IMG/VR virus record: IMGVR_UViG_3300044729_002129
Span: 54,056-118,055 of that record
Origin: a virus
Length of the DNA: 64,000 bases
Strand: one strand, 5' to 3'
The notes beneath the pieces are model-generated. The model saw only the letters and a program-made list of their open reading frames with translations, ran no database searches and was not told the DNA's origin. The stretch's first letter is position 1. Each line of letters begins with the position of its first letter. Of this stretch, positions 9,595 to 20,447 are shown piece by piece. The position numbers and the translations under genes are program-made.

Positions 9595-10242
9595 ATGTTT
9601 TTGTCATATCTAGTCACCTGTCATAATGAAACTTCTAGCTTGGATAAATTATTATCTAAGTTGGTACAAAACAGAAAGGATAACCATGAGATTGTTCTTC
9701 TTGATGATTATTCAGATAATCCAGAAACTCTGGACATTATACAAAAATATAAAGAACAAACGTCGTTCCATCAACACAGACTAGATCGCAATTACGGAGC
9801 ACACAAAAACTATGGTATTGAACAATGCAAAGGTAATTGGATATTCCAACTTGATGGAGACGAATATCCAACAGACCTCCTTTTGGAAAATATAGATGCG
9901 GTATTGGAATCCAATAACAACAACGAAGTACTTTGGTTACCAAGACTAAATTACTTTGCTGGAGTTACTGAGTTGGATGTAAAGACTTGGGGATGGAATT
10001 ACCATGATGGTATGATTAATTTCCCAGATTACCAATCCCGCATCTATAGAAATCTTTCACATATTCGATATCAACGTCGTTTACATGAAAAGGTTGAAGG
10101 ATTTAAAACTTATACATTTGTTCCTCCTCAAAAAGATTATGCAATCGTACATGAGAAAACTATTGAAAAGCAACGTCAAACCAACTTAAACTATAACAAA
10201 ATGTTTACAGACGATGAAAACCGAGGTTATAACGTAAAATAA
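9595..10242 (+). CDS. GT2 glycosyltransferase
   Basis: SYLVTCHNE, LDDYSD, WIFQLDGDE, PDYQ.R, LHE motifs. Confidence 0.88.
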   Translation: MFLSYLVTCHNETSSLDKLLSKLVQNRKDNHEIVLLDDYSDNPETLDIIQKYKEQTSFHQHRLDRNYGAHKNYGIEQCKGNWIFQLDGDEYPTDLLLENIDAVLESNNNNEVLWLPRLNYFAGVTELDVKTWGWNYHDGMINFPDYQSRIYRNLSHIRYQRRLHEKVEGFKTYTFVPPQKDYAIVHEKTIEKQRQTNLNYNKMFTDDENRGYNVK

Positions 10243-10243
10243 T

Positions 10244-10915
10244 ATGACAAACAAAGAGTTAAGAGCCAAATACGGAGACTTTACAAAGCACGATTACTAC
10301 ACGTATCCAGATCATTTCTTTAGCCCAAAGGATGATTTTACCTTAAACATTCCTGTTTGGAGTAGTTACTTCACCAGATTTCTTGATCAAGAGAATTTGA
10401 CATTCTTAGAGATTGGTACTGGTCATGGTAGATCTTCCGTGTGGATGTTGGAAAATGTTTTAACTCACCCAAGTTCCAAGATCATTACGGTAGATATCCA
10501 AGATGAACGTAGTTATAAGAAGGGTGATCTATCATTTGACTTTGGTGATTCTCTTTCATTAACATTGACACAAAATCTGCAACCATACATTGATAAAAAC
10601 AAATGTGAGTTTTATGTCACTGACTCCAAAGAGTTTTTCCGTAAGCTGTATGGTGGCATTTTGGGATCTAAGTTTGTTGGCAACGACCCTAAGAACGCAT
10701 TTGACTTCATCTATCTTGATGGATGTCACGAACCAGACTATGTTATGTATGAAGCCGCAATTAGTTTTGAATTGTTAAAGAAAGGTGGATTTATCTTATT
10801 TGATGATTATGGTTGGGGTAAATGTAGATATGGTATTGAAGCATTCTTAGAGTGTTACAAAGGAAAATACAATTTATTGATCAAAGAATGGCAAGTATTG
10901 ATTGAAAAGGTATGA
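10244..10915 (+). CDS. Class I SAM methyltransferase
   Basis: FLEIGTGHGRS, FDFIYLDGCH, GGFILFDDY. Confidence 0.88.
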   Translation: MTNKELRAKYGDFTKHDYYTYPDHFFSPKDDFTLNIPVWSSYFTRFLDQENLTFLEIGTGHGRSSVWMLENVLTHPSSKIITVDIQDERSYKKGDLSFDFGDSLSLTLTQNLQPYIDKNKCEFYVTDSKEFFRKLYGGILGSKFVGNDPKNAFDFIYLDGCHEPDYVMYEAAISFELLKKGGFILFDDYGWGKCRYGIEAFLECYKGKYNLLIKEWQVLIEKV

Positions 10916-11484
10916 AAACATTGACCGAAATATTAAATAAGATCCCAGATAAGTTTGAGTGTAGAAATACTACATCACGAAAGTTTAAGTCTGATCTATA
11001 CGAATTCTTTAATCAACCAGAATTTAAAAATCGTATTTGCGTAGAATTGGGAGTATATGGCGGTCATTCTTCATATCTATTGAGTCATTTATTTAAACAA
11101 GTAGTGGGATTTGAAATTAGTGAAGGTCGTATCAATAGTGCAAAAAAGTTTATAGATGGAATTGATAATATAAAATTTGTATGTCATGACTTATATAGTG
11201 GACCTCTACCATTAGAACATGGCGATGTATTTTTTATAGATGCATTGCACGAACATGATGCAGTGATTAAAGATACACTTAATTGTTTAAATAATGTACA
11301 ATCAGATTATAAGAAATATATTATTTACGATGACTATGGCATTTGTGCCCCAGTTAAAAGTGCAGTAAATAGTTTGATTAGTACTGGTAAGATAAAAGTT
11401 GTTAAATATATTGGTTATGAACCCAACAAACAATTTACATCACCACTATCAGACTATGAGGGTGTAATTTGTATTCAAACGTGA
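10912..11484 (+). CDS. SAM methyltransferase (paralog of 14624)
   Basis: VELGVYGG, FFIDALH, IIYDDYG. Confidence 0.8.
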   Translation: MKTLTEILNKIPDKFECRNTTSRKFKSDLYEFFNQPEFKNRICVELGVYGGHSSYLLSHLFKQVVGFEISEGRINSAKKFIDGIDNIKFVCHDLYSGPLPLEHGDVFFIDALHEHDAVIKDTLNCLNNVQSDYKKYIIYDDYGICAPVKSAVNSLISTGKIKVVKYIGYEPNKQFTSPLSDYEGVICIQT

Positions 11485-12479
11485 AAATTCAAATATTAGA
11501 ACTAGAAAAACATCGTAACGAAACAACATTTAGACCCTATCTAAGTGCAATACAAACTTTTCGTGAGTATGGTATTGAGTTTGTCAATGAAAACCCTGAT
11601 CTGTATTGGGTAGCACAAGCATCTGTTGTAGACAAAAAATCATCTCTTCAAGAATCAGTTGACAAAGGGTGTTCATTTCTAGAAAAATTAGATGCGCCCT
11701 ATGTTTTATTTGATGGTCAAGATTCATCATCATTGATGGGTGTTTGGGATGTATTCAGTAAAATACCAGGCTTTAAACTAGCAAAGAATGTAGTATTAAA
11801 GGATTATTCTACCTATACCAAAAAGTTTCCAAATGGTAGATGGTTCTGGGGTGAAAGTGAAGATGGATACAATATACCAACTACAGATCTACCACTATTA
11901 AATGAAAGATTGGTTCATAGTGGTACCAACTGGTTAAATACCTTTGGTAATAAATTGGAGTTTGCCAAGATCAATAAAAACAAAAAGTATGATGTTGCAG
12001 TATTGATTGGATTGTGTAAAGAAAACTATGAACATGGTAATAGAGTTGATGAATATTACAATGGTCCTCGTAGAAAACTATTTGAAGAAGTAAAGAAACT
12101 TAATTGTAATGTTATTACCACTGAAGTTACTGGCAAACTTGACAAACAAAAATATATGCAAGCTCTATATGATAGTAAGTTGTGTATATCTCCGTTTGGA
12201 TATGGTGAAGTAAATATCAGAGAAGTTGAATGTATTGTTACTGGAACTCCTACTATCAAACCAAATATTGAGTGCGTAAAGAGTACTCCTTTTATTTATG
12301 GAGATGAATTTACCTTGAATTGTAAAAATGATTTTTCTGATCTAAAAGATGTGGTAGACTTTGCACTATCAAATTATGATAGTTGTATAAACTTATTGAA
12401 TAATCAAAGAAATGTGTTTTATCACAAATCCACAGACAATTATATTGTAAACCACGTAATTAAGAATATTCTAACCTAA
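11481..12479 (+). CDS. GT-B glycosyltransferase-like protein
   Basis: YMQALYDSKLCISPFGYGE..RE.E motif; GTG start overlaps the previous stop (GTGA). Confidence 0.7.
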   Translation: MKIQILELEKHRNETTFRPYLSAIQTFREYGIEFVNENPDLYWVAQASVVDKKSSLQESVDKGCSFLEKLDAPYVLFDGQDSSSLMGVWDVFSKIPGFKLAKNVVLKDYSTYTKKFPNGRWFWGESEDGYNIPTTDLPLLNERLVHSGTNWLNTFGNKLEFAKINKNKKYDVAVLIGLCKENYEHGNRVDEYYNGPRRKLFEEVKKLNCNVITTEVTGKLDKQKYMQALYDSKLCISPFGYGEVNIREVECIVTGTPTIKPNIECVKSTPFIYGDEFTLNCKNDFSDLKDVVDFALSNYDSCINLLNNQRNVFYHKSTDNYIVNHVIKNILT

Positions 12480-13501
12480 TGAAATTATCAAAAAAGTATG
12501 TTATTGGTACTCATGTCATGTTCTATGAAATAGAGATGTATAAAGAATTTATTGATGGCCTTATTAATTTGATTGAACCAGTCGAAAATAAAGAAAACAT
12601 ATATCTTCAATTTTGTTTCAACACATCACAATATTTTGAAAAAATAGATACGTCTAAAGTCGATTTGCATCAGTTGTATGATAAGTTCTATAATGGTATA
12701 CAAAAACTCAAAGATATCGACGTACCAGAACGAAATATCATAATCGTTTTAAAGACAGATAATGATCCAATTTACAATGTAGCTGATTATAGACGAGATT
12801 TAAATTACAATTATTGTACCCGAGTTGATTATATCATGTGGGGTGAAACCGATAGCTTCTTTCCAAAAGAAGCATTTGTGGCAATAGAAAGTATTGCACA
12901 ATATGGTTCCAACGCAAATATACACAAGTATTTAATTAGCTTTGCGGATCGTAAAATGTGGGATGATTCATGGCGTGTTACAGAACATGTTGATTATGAA
13001 AATGTTAAATTCATTGATACACCCGATCAGGTAAATAACAAGAACTATGCCAAGTCTCAATTAAGTATTGAGGAAATGAACGCAGTTAATTCAAAAACAA
13101 TCAATTTTGACATTGTTACTTTATCACAACCCAAGATAGATGGTAGTTGTTTGGTACTTTCATCTGACTTAATCAAATCCGGCGTAAACCTACCACATAG
13201 TCTATTACTATACGGAGATGATTCTAGCATCGGTGTTATTGCCAAACAAATCATGGGAGACAAATTTATTCAGTTTGTTGTAAAAAATCTATTAAAGGTT
13301 CATGCCAGAAGACATCCAAACAAAAGACTATACATATTAAATGAAGATAACCCAAGAGGATTCTGTGGTGATAAAAAGGGATTGTGGTCAAACATATTGG
13401 ACCAACACTCAAAATTCAATCTTCATAATATAATTAACTCCCAAAATAAATTCTTTACCTTTAAAGACGTTTTTGATAAAATAAACAAAAATGAAAATTA
13501 A
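12479..13501 (+). CDS. Putative GT-A glycosyltransferase
   Basis: DYIMWGETD (DXD-like) and operon context. Confidence 0.55.
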   Translation: MKLSKKYVIGTHVMFYEIEMYKEFIDGLINLIEPVENKENIYLQFCFNTSQYFEKIDTSKVDLHQLYDKFYNGIQKLKDIDVPERNIIIVLKTDNDPIYNVADYRRDLNYNYCTRVDYIMWGETDSFFPKEAFVAIESIAQYGSNANIHKYLISFADRKMWDDSWRVTEHVDYENVKFIDTPDQVNNKNYAKSQLSIEEMNAVNSKTINFDIVTLSQPKIDGSCLVLSSDLIKSGVNLPHSLLLYGDDSSIGVIAKQIMGDKFIQFVVKNLLKVHARRHPNKRLYILNEDNPRGFCGDKKGLWSNILDQHSKFNLHNIINSQNKFFTFKDVFDKINKNEN

Positions 13502-14627
13502 AATTTTAGAAACTCAAGATATAGAATTTGCACCAAATAAAAGGTGTCAAAATAATGTCTCTAGAATAACATCAAGAAATAAAAGAGCATTTTATCCATA
13601 TATAGGGTTAAAGAACGAGTTCAAAGAACATGGAATCGACTTTGTAGATGATAAAAGACAAGCGGATTGTTACTTTGTAGGTTGGGGATCTGTGTGCAAT
13701 ATGGGATTAGAATATGAACAATCAGTAGCTAGTGGTGTTGAATTTCTAAAATCTCTGGATAAGCCATTCTATTTCTTTGATACTAATGATTCTGTCATGT
13801 TGCATGGTATTTTTGATGTATTCAAACAATGTCCAGGTTTAAAATATTTTAAGTCACATTATTATAGAGATTTGAGTTTATATACAAAACCGACATCATT
13901 TGGAAGATATTGGTGGCCTCTAGTACCTGAATTAGAATATAAGTTGTCCAATGATGATTTAGAATTGCTAAAATCAAAGATAGAGTTATCAAATACAAAT
14001 TGGATTTACCATAGAAAACCTTATAATCCCATAAACGTTGATATTATAAATTATAAGTATGATGCAATTTGCTTGGTTGGTATTCTAAATATAGATTCAA
14101 CCATGGATCGGCCAAGTATGTTTAATTATAAAAAAGAAATAGGTAAATATTATAACGATCACAGATTGAATATCTTCAAAAAGTTAAAAAATTTAGAAAA
14201 ATATAATTTTAAAATATTAACATCCGAACAATCTGGAAAATTAGATGAGGACTCTTACGAAAGAATTTGTTTAGAATCAAAAATTATGATTTCGCCACAT
14301 GGATTTGGTGAAATAAATTCTAGAGAACTGGATGCGATAAATTATGGAAATGTAATTTGCAAAGGTGATATTAGACACATAATTACAAAACCAGATTTAT
14401 TTCATGATGATTCGTGTATTTTTTATAAAGATGATTTGTCGGATTTTGAAGAAAAGTTGGTAGATGGAATACAAAATTTCAACAACCATAAAATAAAAAT
14501 TAAAAATATAAGAAATCGAATGGATTATGCATTAAATATGTTTATTACAGACACATTCCGTTCAATTTCAGACAAAAGATTTTTTACATCAAAAGATATC
14601 TTTTATAATATTAAGAAAAAAACATGA
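13491..14627 (+). CDS. GT-B glycosyltransferase-like protein (paralog of 11481)
   Basis: MKIKILE start; SKIMISPHGFGEINSRE. Confidence 0.7.
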   Translation: MKIKILETQDIEFAPNKRCQNNVSRITSRNKRAFYPYIGLKNEFKEHGIDFVDDKRQADCYFVGWGSVCNMGLEYEQSVASGVEFLKSLDKPFYFFDTNDSVMLHGIFDVFKQCPGLKYFKSHYYRDLSLYTKPTSFGRYWWPLVPELEYKLSNDDLELLKSKIELSNTNWIYHRKPYNPINVDIINYKYDAICLVGILNIDSTMDRPSMFNYKKEIGKYYNDHRLNIFKKLKNLEKYNFKILTSEQSGKLDEDSYERICLESKIMISPHGFGEINSRELDAINYGNVICKGDIRHIITKPDLFHDDSCIFYKDDLSDFEEKLVDGIQNFNNHKIKIKNIRNRMDYALNMFITDTFRSISDKRFFTSKDIFYNIKKKT

Positions 14628-15190
14628 CTATAGACGAAATACTAAATTTAGTGCCAGATAAGTTTGAGCATAAAACTACTACTTCCAAGAAGTTTAAGCG
14701 TGACGTTTTTGCATTCTTTGATAAACCCGAATTCAAAAACAAAACTGCTTTGGAAATTGGATCAAATCTTGGATATACTACATTTATTCTAAGCTATCTA
14801 TTCAACCAAGTATATGGCATCAATGAAAAGGAATTTGACAAGGCAGATGAGTTTTGCAAACGAAATGGCAGAACTAACGTCAAGTTCTTTGGTCAAGATG
14901 TATACAAATATGGGCTTCCTGTTGATACTGCCGATGTAATTATGGTGGATGCTCTCCACACCTATGATGCCGTCCAAATAGACGTATATAACGCCTTAAA
15001 GTTAAAATCAGACGGTAAGAAGTACTTCATCTTTGACGATGTAGGTGCTTATCCAGAAATTATCAACTCACTCAATGATCTTTTTGACAAAAATGTTATT
15101 AAACCAATTGTCAAGATTGGTCACAGTGATGAAGAAAAGTTCACCAGACCACTACATGATTGGGAAGGAGTAATTTGTATCGAAGTATGA
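14624..15190 (+). CDS. SAM methyltransferase (paralog of 10912)
   Basis: LEIGSNLG, MVDALHTY, FIFDD. Confidence 0.8.
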   Translation: MTIDEILNLVPDKFEHKTTTSKKFKRDVFAFFDKPEFKNKTALEIGSNLGYTTFILSYLFNQVYGINEKEFDKADEFCKRNGRTNVKFFGQDVYKYGLPVDTADVIMVDALHTYDAVQIDVYNALKLKSDGKKYFIFDDVGAYPEIINSLNDLFDKNVIKPIVKIGHSDEEKFTRPLHDWEGVICIEV

Positions 15191-16137
15191 ACATTTGTTT
15201 TATCAGTCAAAATGGTCATAGTGGTAAGTTACCAAGAAACTTTGTAAATTGTAGAACAGAGTTTGCTTGGCAAATTGCTTTAAATGCCGATCACTACAAT
15301 TTCCAAGAGTGGTTTTCGTCTACTAATGATAAAAGTTATGACCTAATCGTTGTAATTCCACCTAAAAAACTTGAAATAATTGACACAAACTTATTATTAA
15401 AAAGTGTCAAGAAATGGGGTAAAAAAGTAACTGTAATGCAAGAAGGTCCAGCTTGGTACTATCAAGACTATAATTATATTAATCAAGTTAATTATATTAA
15501 CTTTCTAAGTGAGATGGATTTCTTGTTGGTTCATAACAAAAGCGATATTCCATATTTCAAGGGTATATTTAAAAAACCCACATTTAATCTACAATCTTTA
15601 ATGATTGAAGATACCATTAAAAATATACCTCGTCAAAACAATCAAATGCCTATCATTGGTGGTAACTTTTGTAGTTGGTATGGTGGCATTGATAGTTACT
15701 TTGTGGCACAAAACTTTAATAAACCCATCTTTATTCCTAGTATGGGACGTAAGATAGAAAATGAAGATCAATTTCCCAGCTTACATCACTTACCATATAT
15801 GATGTGGAATGAATGGATACAAGCCCTCGCCAATTTTAATGTTGGTATACATTTGATGCGTACACACGCGGCTGGTACATTCGCTCTCAATTGTGCTTAT
15901 TTGGGTATACCATGTATTGGATACAAAGGATTAGATACACAACAAATATTACACCCAGAGTTATCTGTGGATATTGGTGATATTGAACAAGCAAAAAAGC
16001 TAGCAAATAAACTTAAACAAGATATTTCTTTTTATAATTCGTGTTCACAACAATCTAGAGAATTATATCAAATATATTATACAGAACAAAAATGGTTAGA
16101 TAATTGGAAAACAATATATGAGCAAATCAAAAACTAA
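15187..16137 (+). CDS. Putative GT-B glycosyltransferase
   Basis: AAGTFALNCAYLGIPCIG C-terminal GT-B-like motif; ATGA overlap start at 15187. Confidence 0.6.
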   Translation: MNICFISQNGHSGKLPRNFVNCRTEFAWQIALNADHYNFQEWFSSTNDKSYDLIVVIPPKKLEIIDTNLLLKSVKKWGKKVTVMQEGPAWYYQDYNYINQVNYINFLSEMDFLLVHNKSDIPYFKGIFKKPTFNLQSLMIEDTIKNIPRQNNQMPIIGGNFCSWYGGIDSYFVAQNFNKPIFIPSMGRKIENEDQFPSLHHLPYMMWNEWIQALANFNVGIHLMRTHAAGTFALNCAYLGIPCIGYKGLDTQQILHPELSVDIGDIEQAKKLANKLKQDISFYNSCSQQSRELYQIYYTEQKWLDNWKTIYEQIKN

Positions 16138-16924
16138 AATTGGTATCGTTGGTTATGGATATGTAGGAAAAGCATTTCATGCATTTTTCAAAGATCATTA
16201 TGAAGTTGTAATCCGTGATCCACTTTATCCAAACTCTGTATCCAAGGAAGAAATCAATCAATGTGAATTGGGTGTAATATGTGTACCAACCCCATCAAAT
16301 ACAGATGGCAGTTGTGATACAAGCATTGTTGAAGAATCTGTATCATGGATGACCAATCCAATCATTCTTATCAAGTCAACTATTGAAATTGGTACAACTC
16401 GTAAGTTAATTGAAAAGTATAACAAGAAGATTGTTTTCAGTCCAGAGTTTGCTGGGGAATCAAAATATTGGACTCCACAAGGTTTTACAACTGATGTTAA
16501 ACAAACCCCATTCTTTATTTTTGGTTCAGATGATAAATCAGTTGGACATAGATTGGTTGACATTTATATGCCAATCACTGGACCAAGCAAAACATATCGT
16601 GTCACAGATAGTATTAGTGCGGAAATCACCAAGTATGTAGAAAACACTTACTTCGCAATGAAGGTTGCGTTTGTAAATGAACTATATGATTTGTGTGAAA
16701 AGAGTGGTACACATTGGAGTGAAGTACGTGATCTATGGTTATTGGATCCACGAACAAACAAATCTCATACCGCCGTATTTGCTAATGAACGTGGTTTTGG
16801 TGGCAAGTGTTTACCAAAAGATACAAAGGCTATGGTTGGATATGGTGATAAACTTGGTGTGGATCTATCCATCTTGAAGACCGTATTAAAGAGTAACGAA
16901 CAAATGGTAAAACGAAATGGCTAA
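16118..16924 (+). CDS. ugd: UDP-glucose/GDP-mannose 6-dehydrogenase family, lacking the C-terminal domain
   Basis: GIVGYGYVG, CVPTP, IKST, FSPEF, KYVEN, GFGGKCLPKD (catalytic Cys). Confidence 0.88.
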   Translation: MSKSKTKIGIVGYGYVGKAFHAFFKDHYEVVIRDPLYPNSVSKEEINQCELGVICVPTPSNTDGSCDTSIVEESVSWMTNPIILIKSTIEIGTTRKLIEKYNKKIVFSPEFAGESKYWTPQGFTTDVKQTPFFIFGSDDKSVGHRLVDIYMPITGPSKTYRVTDSISAEITKYVENTYFAMKVAFVNELYDLCEKSGTHWSEVRDLWLLDPRTNKSHTAVFANERGFGGKCLPKDTKAMVGYGDKLGVDLSILKTVLKSNEQMVKRNG

Positions 16925-17678
16925 GAATTGTATATTAATGGTCGCTATTGAGGATGAATTGTCTAAACATTCTCATAAAACTTATTTTGAACACACCATC
17001 AATAGTTGGCAATATTATTGTGACAAGCATAATATTGACTTTTATGTAATCAGAAGCAAAAGACCAGACGTTAAGTATAGTGTTTGGCACAAAGAATTTG
17101 TATTTGATTATGTGGGAGATGATTATGAAAAAATCGGTGTTGTTGACTTTGATACAATGATCAAATGGGATGCTCCTAACATCTTTGATTTATATGACGA
17201 TGAATTCTGCGGTGTATTGGATAATGTTTCGATTCAATGGATTGATAAAAGTCTAAAGGCTTTTAGATCTTCATTTGAAGAGTTGTCTGATGTTCCTATG
17301 ACACTATCTCAATATATTAATGGCGGAGTATTATTTTTTCATAAATCACACAAACCATTTTTTGAAAAGCTCAAGAACTTTTATTTGACAAATAAAGATA
17401 AAATGGATAATTGGAGTATTCCAGGTGTTGGGAAAGAACAATCTATTTTGAATTTATTCTTGGTTAAAGAAGGTATCAAAAGAAAAACTCTACCATATTG
17501 TTGGAATACGGTTGGAATGATAAAGAAGGGAATGTTGTGGCACAATGATAAATTGGATGATAAAACCACATTTTTATTTAAATATGGTTATATCTGGCAT
17601 TTCACTGGATTCCCTATTCAAGACAGAAACAATCTAATCAACGACGTTTGGAAAAACACAAATCAATTCTACAGATGA
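16917..17678 (+). CDS. GT-A glycosyltransferase (GT8-like)
   Basis: VDFDT, YINGGV, EQ..LN, WHFTG. Confidence 0.8.
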   Translation: MAKNCILMVAIEDELSKHSHKTYFEHTINSWQYYCDKHNIDFYVIRSKRPDVKYSVWHKEFVFDYVGDDYEKIGVVDFDTMIKWDAPNIFDLYDDEFCGVLDNVSIQWIDKSLKAFRSSFEELSDVPMTLSQYINGGVLFFHKSHKPFFEKLKNFYLTNKDKMDNWSIPGVGKEQSILNLFLVKEGIKRKTLPYCWNTVGMIKKGMLWHNDKLDDKTTFLFKYGYIWHFTGFPIQDRNNLINDVWKNTNQFYR

Positions 17679-18448
17679 AAAATATCATTTTAATTCCAGC
17701 AGTAGTATCGTCCAATAATGAAAAGAAACTTCGTAATACTCCTCTTATTACAAAGATCTATGAATACAGCATAAATAGTTGGAAGCATTTTGCTAAAAAA
17801 TATGATTGTCAAGTGGTTGTATTGGATGAACCATTGATGGATACCAATATTACCAGTTTAGCTTGGCAACGTTATTATGCGTTGGACTTGTTGGAACAAA
17901 GCAATATTAAGTATAATCAAGTATTGATAGTTGATGCTGATACTATTGTACATCCAAATTGTCCTAACTTCTTTGAATTAACCAACAACAAATATACAGG
18001 TGTACATGATGGTGTTGTATATGAATGGGTCATTCGTAGTACTGAGTGTTATAGCAAATTACTATTCAACGATTATAAATTAGATGTGTGGAAATATATC
18101 AATGGTGGATTTCAAATATTCAATGAATCTCACAAAGGTCATTTAAACTATCTAAAAGAATTTTATCTTGAAAATCGTGAACATATTTATCAATTAGAAT
18201 CTACTATCAAGCTTGGTACAGATCAAACTCCTATGAATTTCTTACTTCAAATGAATAACGTTGACGTAAATATTCTACCATATGAATATAATATGATGGG
18301 TTTGTTCTTGACGGATGGTTTAACTGATGATTTAATTTTTACAGATTATGGATGGGTTTACCATTTTAATGGTATTCCTGATACTAGTTATGGTACAAAG
18401 GTTGAGTACTATATGAACAAAACCTATAATAAGTTATATAAACCATGA
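17675..18448 (+). CDS. GT-A glycosyltransferase (GT8-like, paralog of 16917)
   Basis: VDADT, YINGGF, DQTPMN, YHFNG; ATGA overlap start. Confidence 0.8.
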   Translation: MKNIILIPAVVSSNNEKKLRNTPLITKIYEYSINSWKHFAKKYDCQVVVLDEPLMDTNITSLAWQRYYALDLLEQSNIKYNQVLIVDADTIVHPNCPNFFELTNNKYTGVHDGVVYEWVIRSTECYSKLLFNDYKLDVWKYINGGFQIFNESHKGHLNYLKEFYLENREHIYQLESTIKLGTDQTPMNFLLQMNNVDVNILPYEYNMMGLFLTDGLTDDLIFTDYGWVYHFNGIPDTSYGTKVEYYMNKTYNKLYKP

Positions 18449-19128
18449 AATATACGATTTGCACCGTTGTTAATGACATTTACTTAGAATTTTTATATTA
18501 CTTTACTAAGTCTGCGTTGGAAAAATGTCCAAATATGGATCAGTTGATAATTCTCTATACAGGAGAAAACTTTTCACAAGATCCAATCTTTAATAATAGT
18601 AGAGTAAAAATAGCAAAATATTCTAATCCAATCAAAACCCAGAACATTTGGGATTCTGGTTGGCAACAAAATATTGATCTTAAAACTCAGTTTCTTCGTG
18701 ATTTAGCTACCAAGTCAAATCAGCCAATTTTCTTGGTGGATGTTGATTGTTATTTTCTAAAAGAATTTATTGATGTTGTTGATACATCCAAAGATATTTT
18801 AGTAACTAAACGAGTACATAGTTCTCCATATATAGCGTCATTTGTTGGTCTTATTAAGCCAGATAAATGTATATCTTTTATCGACGAATGGAGAAATCAA
18901 ATGAGTTTGATTAAAACTATACCAAAGGAAACTACGGCGTTGGTAAAAACCATACCAATAATGAAAGATGAGATTGCAATTCAAGAGGTACCCGATACTA
19001 CCATTAGTTGTATAAACTTTCAATCTCCACCACCAGAAGCTAGAATCTTACACTTTAAAGGTACTAGAGTTGGAGATGCTGTAGAATTAGTAAAGAAAAG
19101 GCTCGAAAATCTAAAATCTATTGTATAA
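18445..19128 (+). CDS. Nucleotide-diphospho-sugar transferase (GT-A)
   Basis: FLVDVDC (DXD), ILHFKG. Confidence 0.7.
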   Translation: MKYTICTVVNDIYLEFLYYFTKSALEKCPNMDQLIILYTGENFSQDPIFNNSRVKIAKYSNPIKTQNIWDSGWQQNIDLKTQFLRDLATKSNQPIFLVDVDCYFLKEFIDVVDTSKDILVTKRVHSSPYIASFVGLIKPDKCISFIDEWRNQMSLIKTIPKETTALVKTIPIMKDEIAIQEVPDTTISCINFQSPPPEARILHFKGTRVGDAVELVKKRLENLKSIV

Positions 19129-20447
19129 TGTGTAGTTTTTATTTTAGTAATCAATATCTAGGTAATCTTGAAGAACTCAATAAGTTCTTGAAGCCAAGAG
19201 GTCCAGACTATACCAATTTGGTAGAAGTTGATGATTATACATTGGTTCATAATCTATTGAGTTTGACGGGTGAGTTTACTATTCAACCACTAAGTAAGAA
19301 CAACATACATGTGTTGTTTAATGGAGAAATTTATAACTTCAAAGACTTTGATTCAAATGCAAAGTGTGATAGTGAAGTTATCATAGATCTGTATCAGAAG
19401 TATGGTCCAGAGTTTACCAGAAAATTAGATGGTGAATATGCTATTTTGATCTTGGATTTAAATACCAAACGAATCATTTTCTCAACAGATACCTTTAGAA
19501 CCAAGCCGTTATTTTATAGTATTGAAGACAAAGCTATATCTGTTTCTACATATACTACTCCTATCTTGTTATCAAATTTTAAGAAGGCAAATAAGGTAGA
19601 AGCCAATACAACTTATATTTATGATATTAAATCTGGGCAATTAACTACCAGAACAATTACTAACTTCAATCTTGACCAATACAAAAATAATGTAGATGAT
19701 TGGATCTCAAAGTTTGATAGAGCTATTGAAAAAAGAACCAAGTTTTCTGCCGATAAGAAGTTCTTTATAGGACTTAGTAGTGGATATGATAGTGGAATTA
19801 TAAGTTGTGCGTTGAATAAAACTGGTATTGACTACAAAGCATATAGCGTTGCTGCATCTGAAAATATTGATATAATCAAACAAAGATTTAATCTTATCAA
19901 GAATAAGGAGTTGATTAATCTTAAAAAGTCTGAATTTGATTATCAGTCTGCAAATTTGTTTGGTATTAAATGTGAAGATTTCACCAGTCAGGATTTAAGT
20001 ATTAATATAAGATCAGATAAAGCGTGTTATGGACTTGCTCATATTTGTACATTAGCTCAAAGAGATAGTAGAAAAATATATATCTCTGGTCAAGGTGCCG
20101 ATGAGATCATTTCTGACTATGGTATGAACGGCAATAAAATCTATGGTCATAGTACATTCGGTGGTGTGTTTCCATCTGATCTAAAGTCTGTGTTTCCGTG
20201 GAGAAATTTCTTCAAGGGTACTCAAGAACTTTATATATCTAAAGAAGAATATGTTGCTGGATCGTTTGGTATAGAATCAAGATATCCATTCTTGGATTTG
20301 GACTTGGTTCAAGAATATTTAAATTTGTCGGTTGACGTAAAAAATAAAAAGTATAAGCATGTGATCCACGAATATTTATTGGAAAACAATTTTCCGTTTG
20401 AACAAAATAAGAAAATTGGGTTTCAAGCAAATAAAAATTTATTATGA
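19128..20447 (+). CDS. asnB: Asparagine synthetase-like glutamine amidotransferase
   Basis: N-terminal Cys2, RGPD, FNGEIYN, DSEV, LSSGYDS, SGQGADE, RYPFLD. Confidence 0.9.
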   Translation: MCSFYFSNQYLGNLEELNKFLKPRGPDYTNLVEVDDYTLVHNLLSLTGEFTIQPLSKNNIHVLFNGEIYNFKDFDSNAKCDSEVIIDLYQKYGPEFTRKLDGEYAILILDLNTKRIIFSTDTFRTKPLFYSIEDKAISVSTYTTPILLSNFKKANKVEANTTYIYDIKSGQLTTRTITNFNLDQYKNNVDDWISKFDRAIEKRTKFSADKKFFIGLSSGYDSGIISCALNKTGIDYKAYSVAASENIDIIKQRFNLIKNKELINLKKSEFDYQSANLFGIKCEDFTSQDLSINIRSDKACYGLAHICTLAQRDSRKIYISGQGADEIISDYGMNGNKIYGHSTFGGVFPSDLKSVFPWRNFFKGTQELYISKEEYVAGSFGIESRYPFLDLDLVQEYLNLSVDVKNKKYKHVIHEYLLENNFPFEQNKKIGFQANKNLL

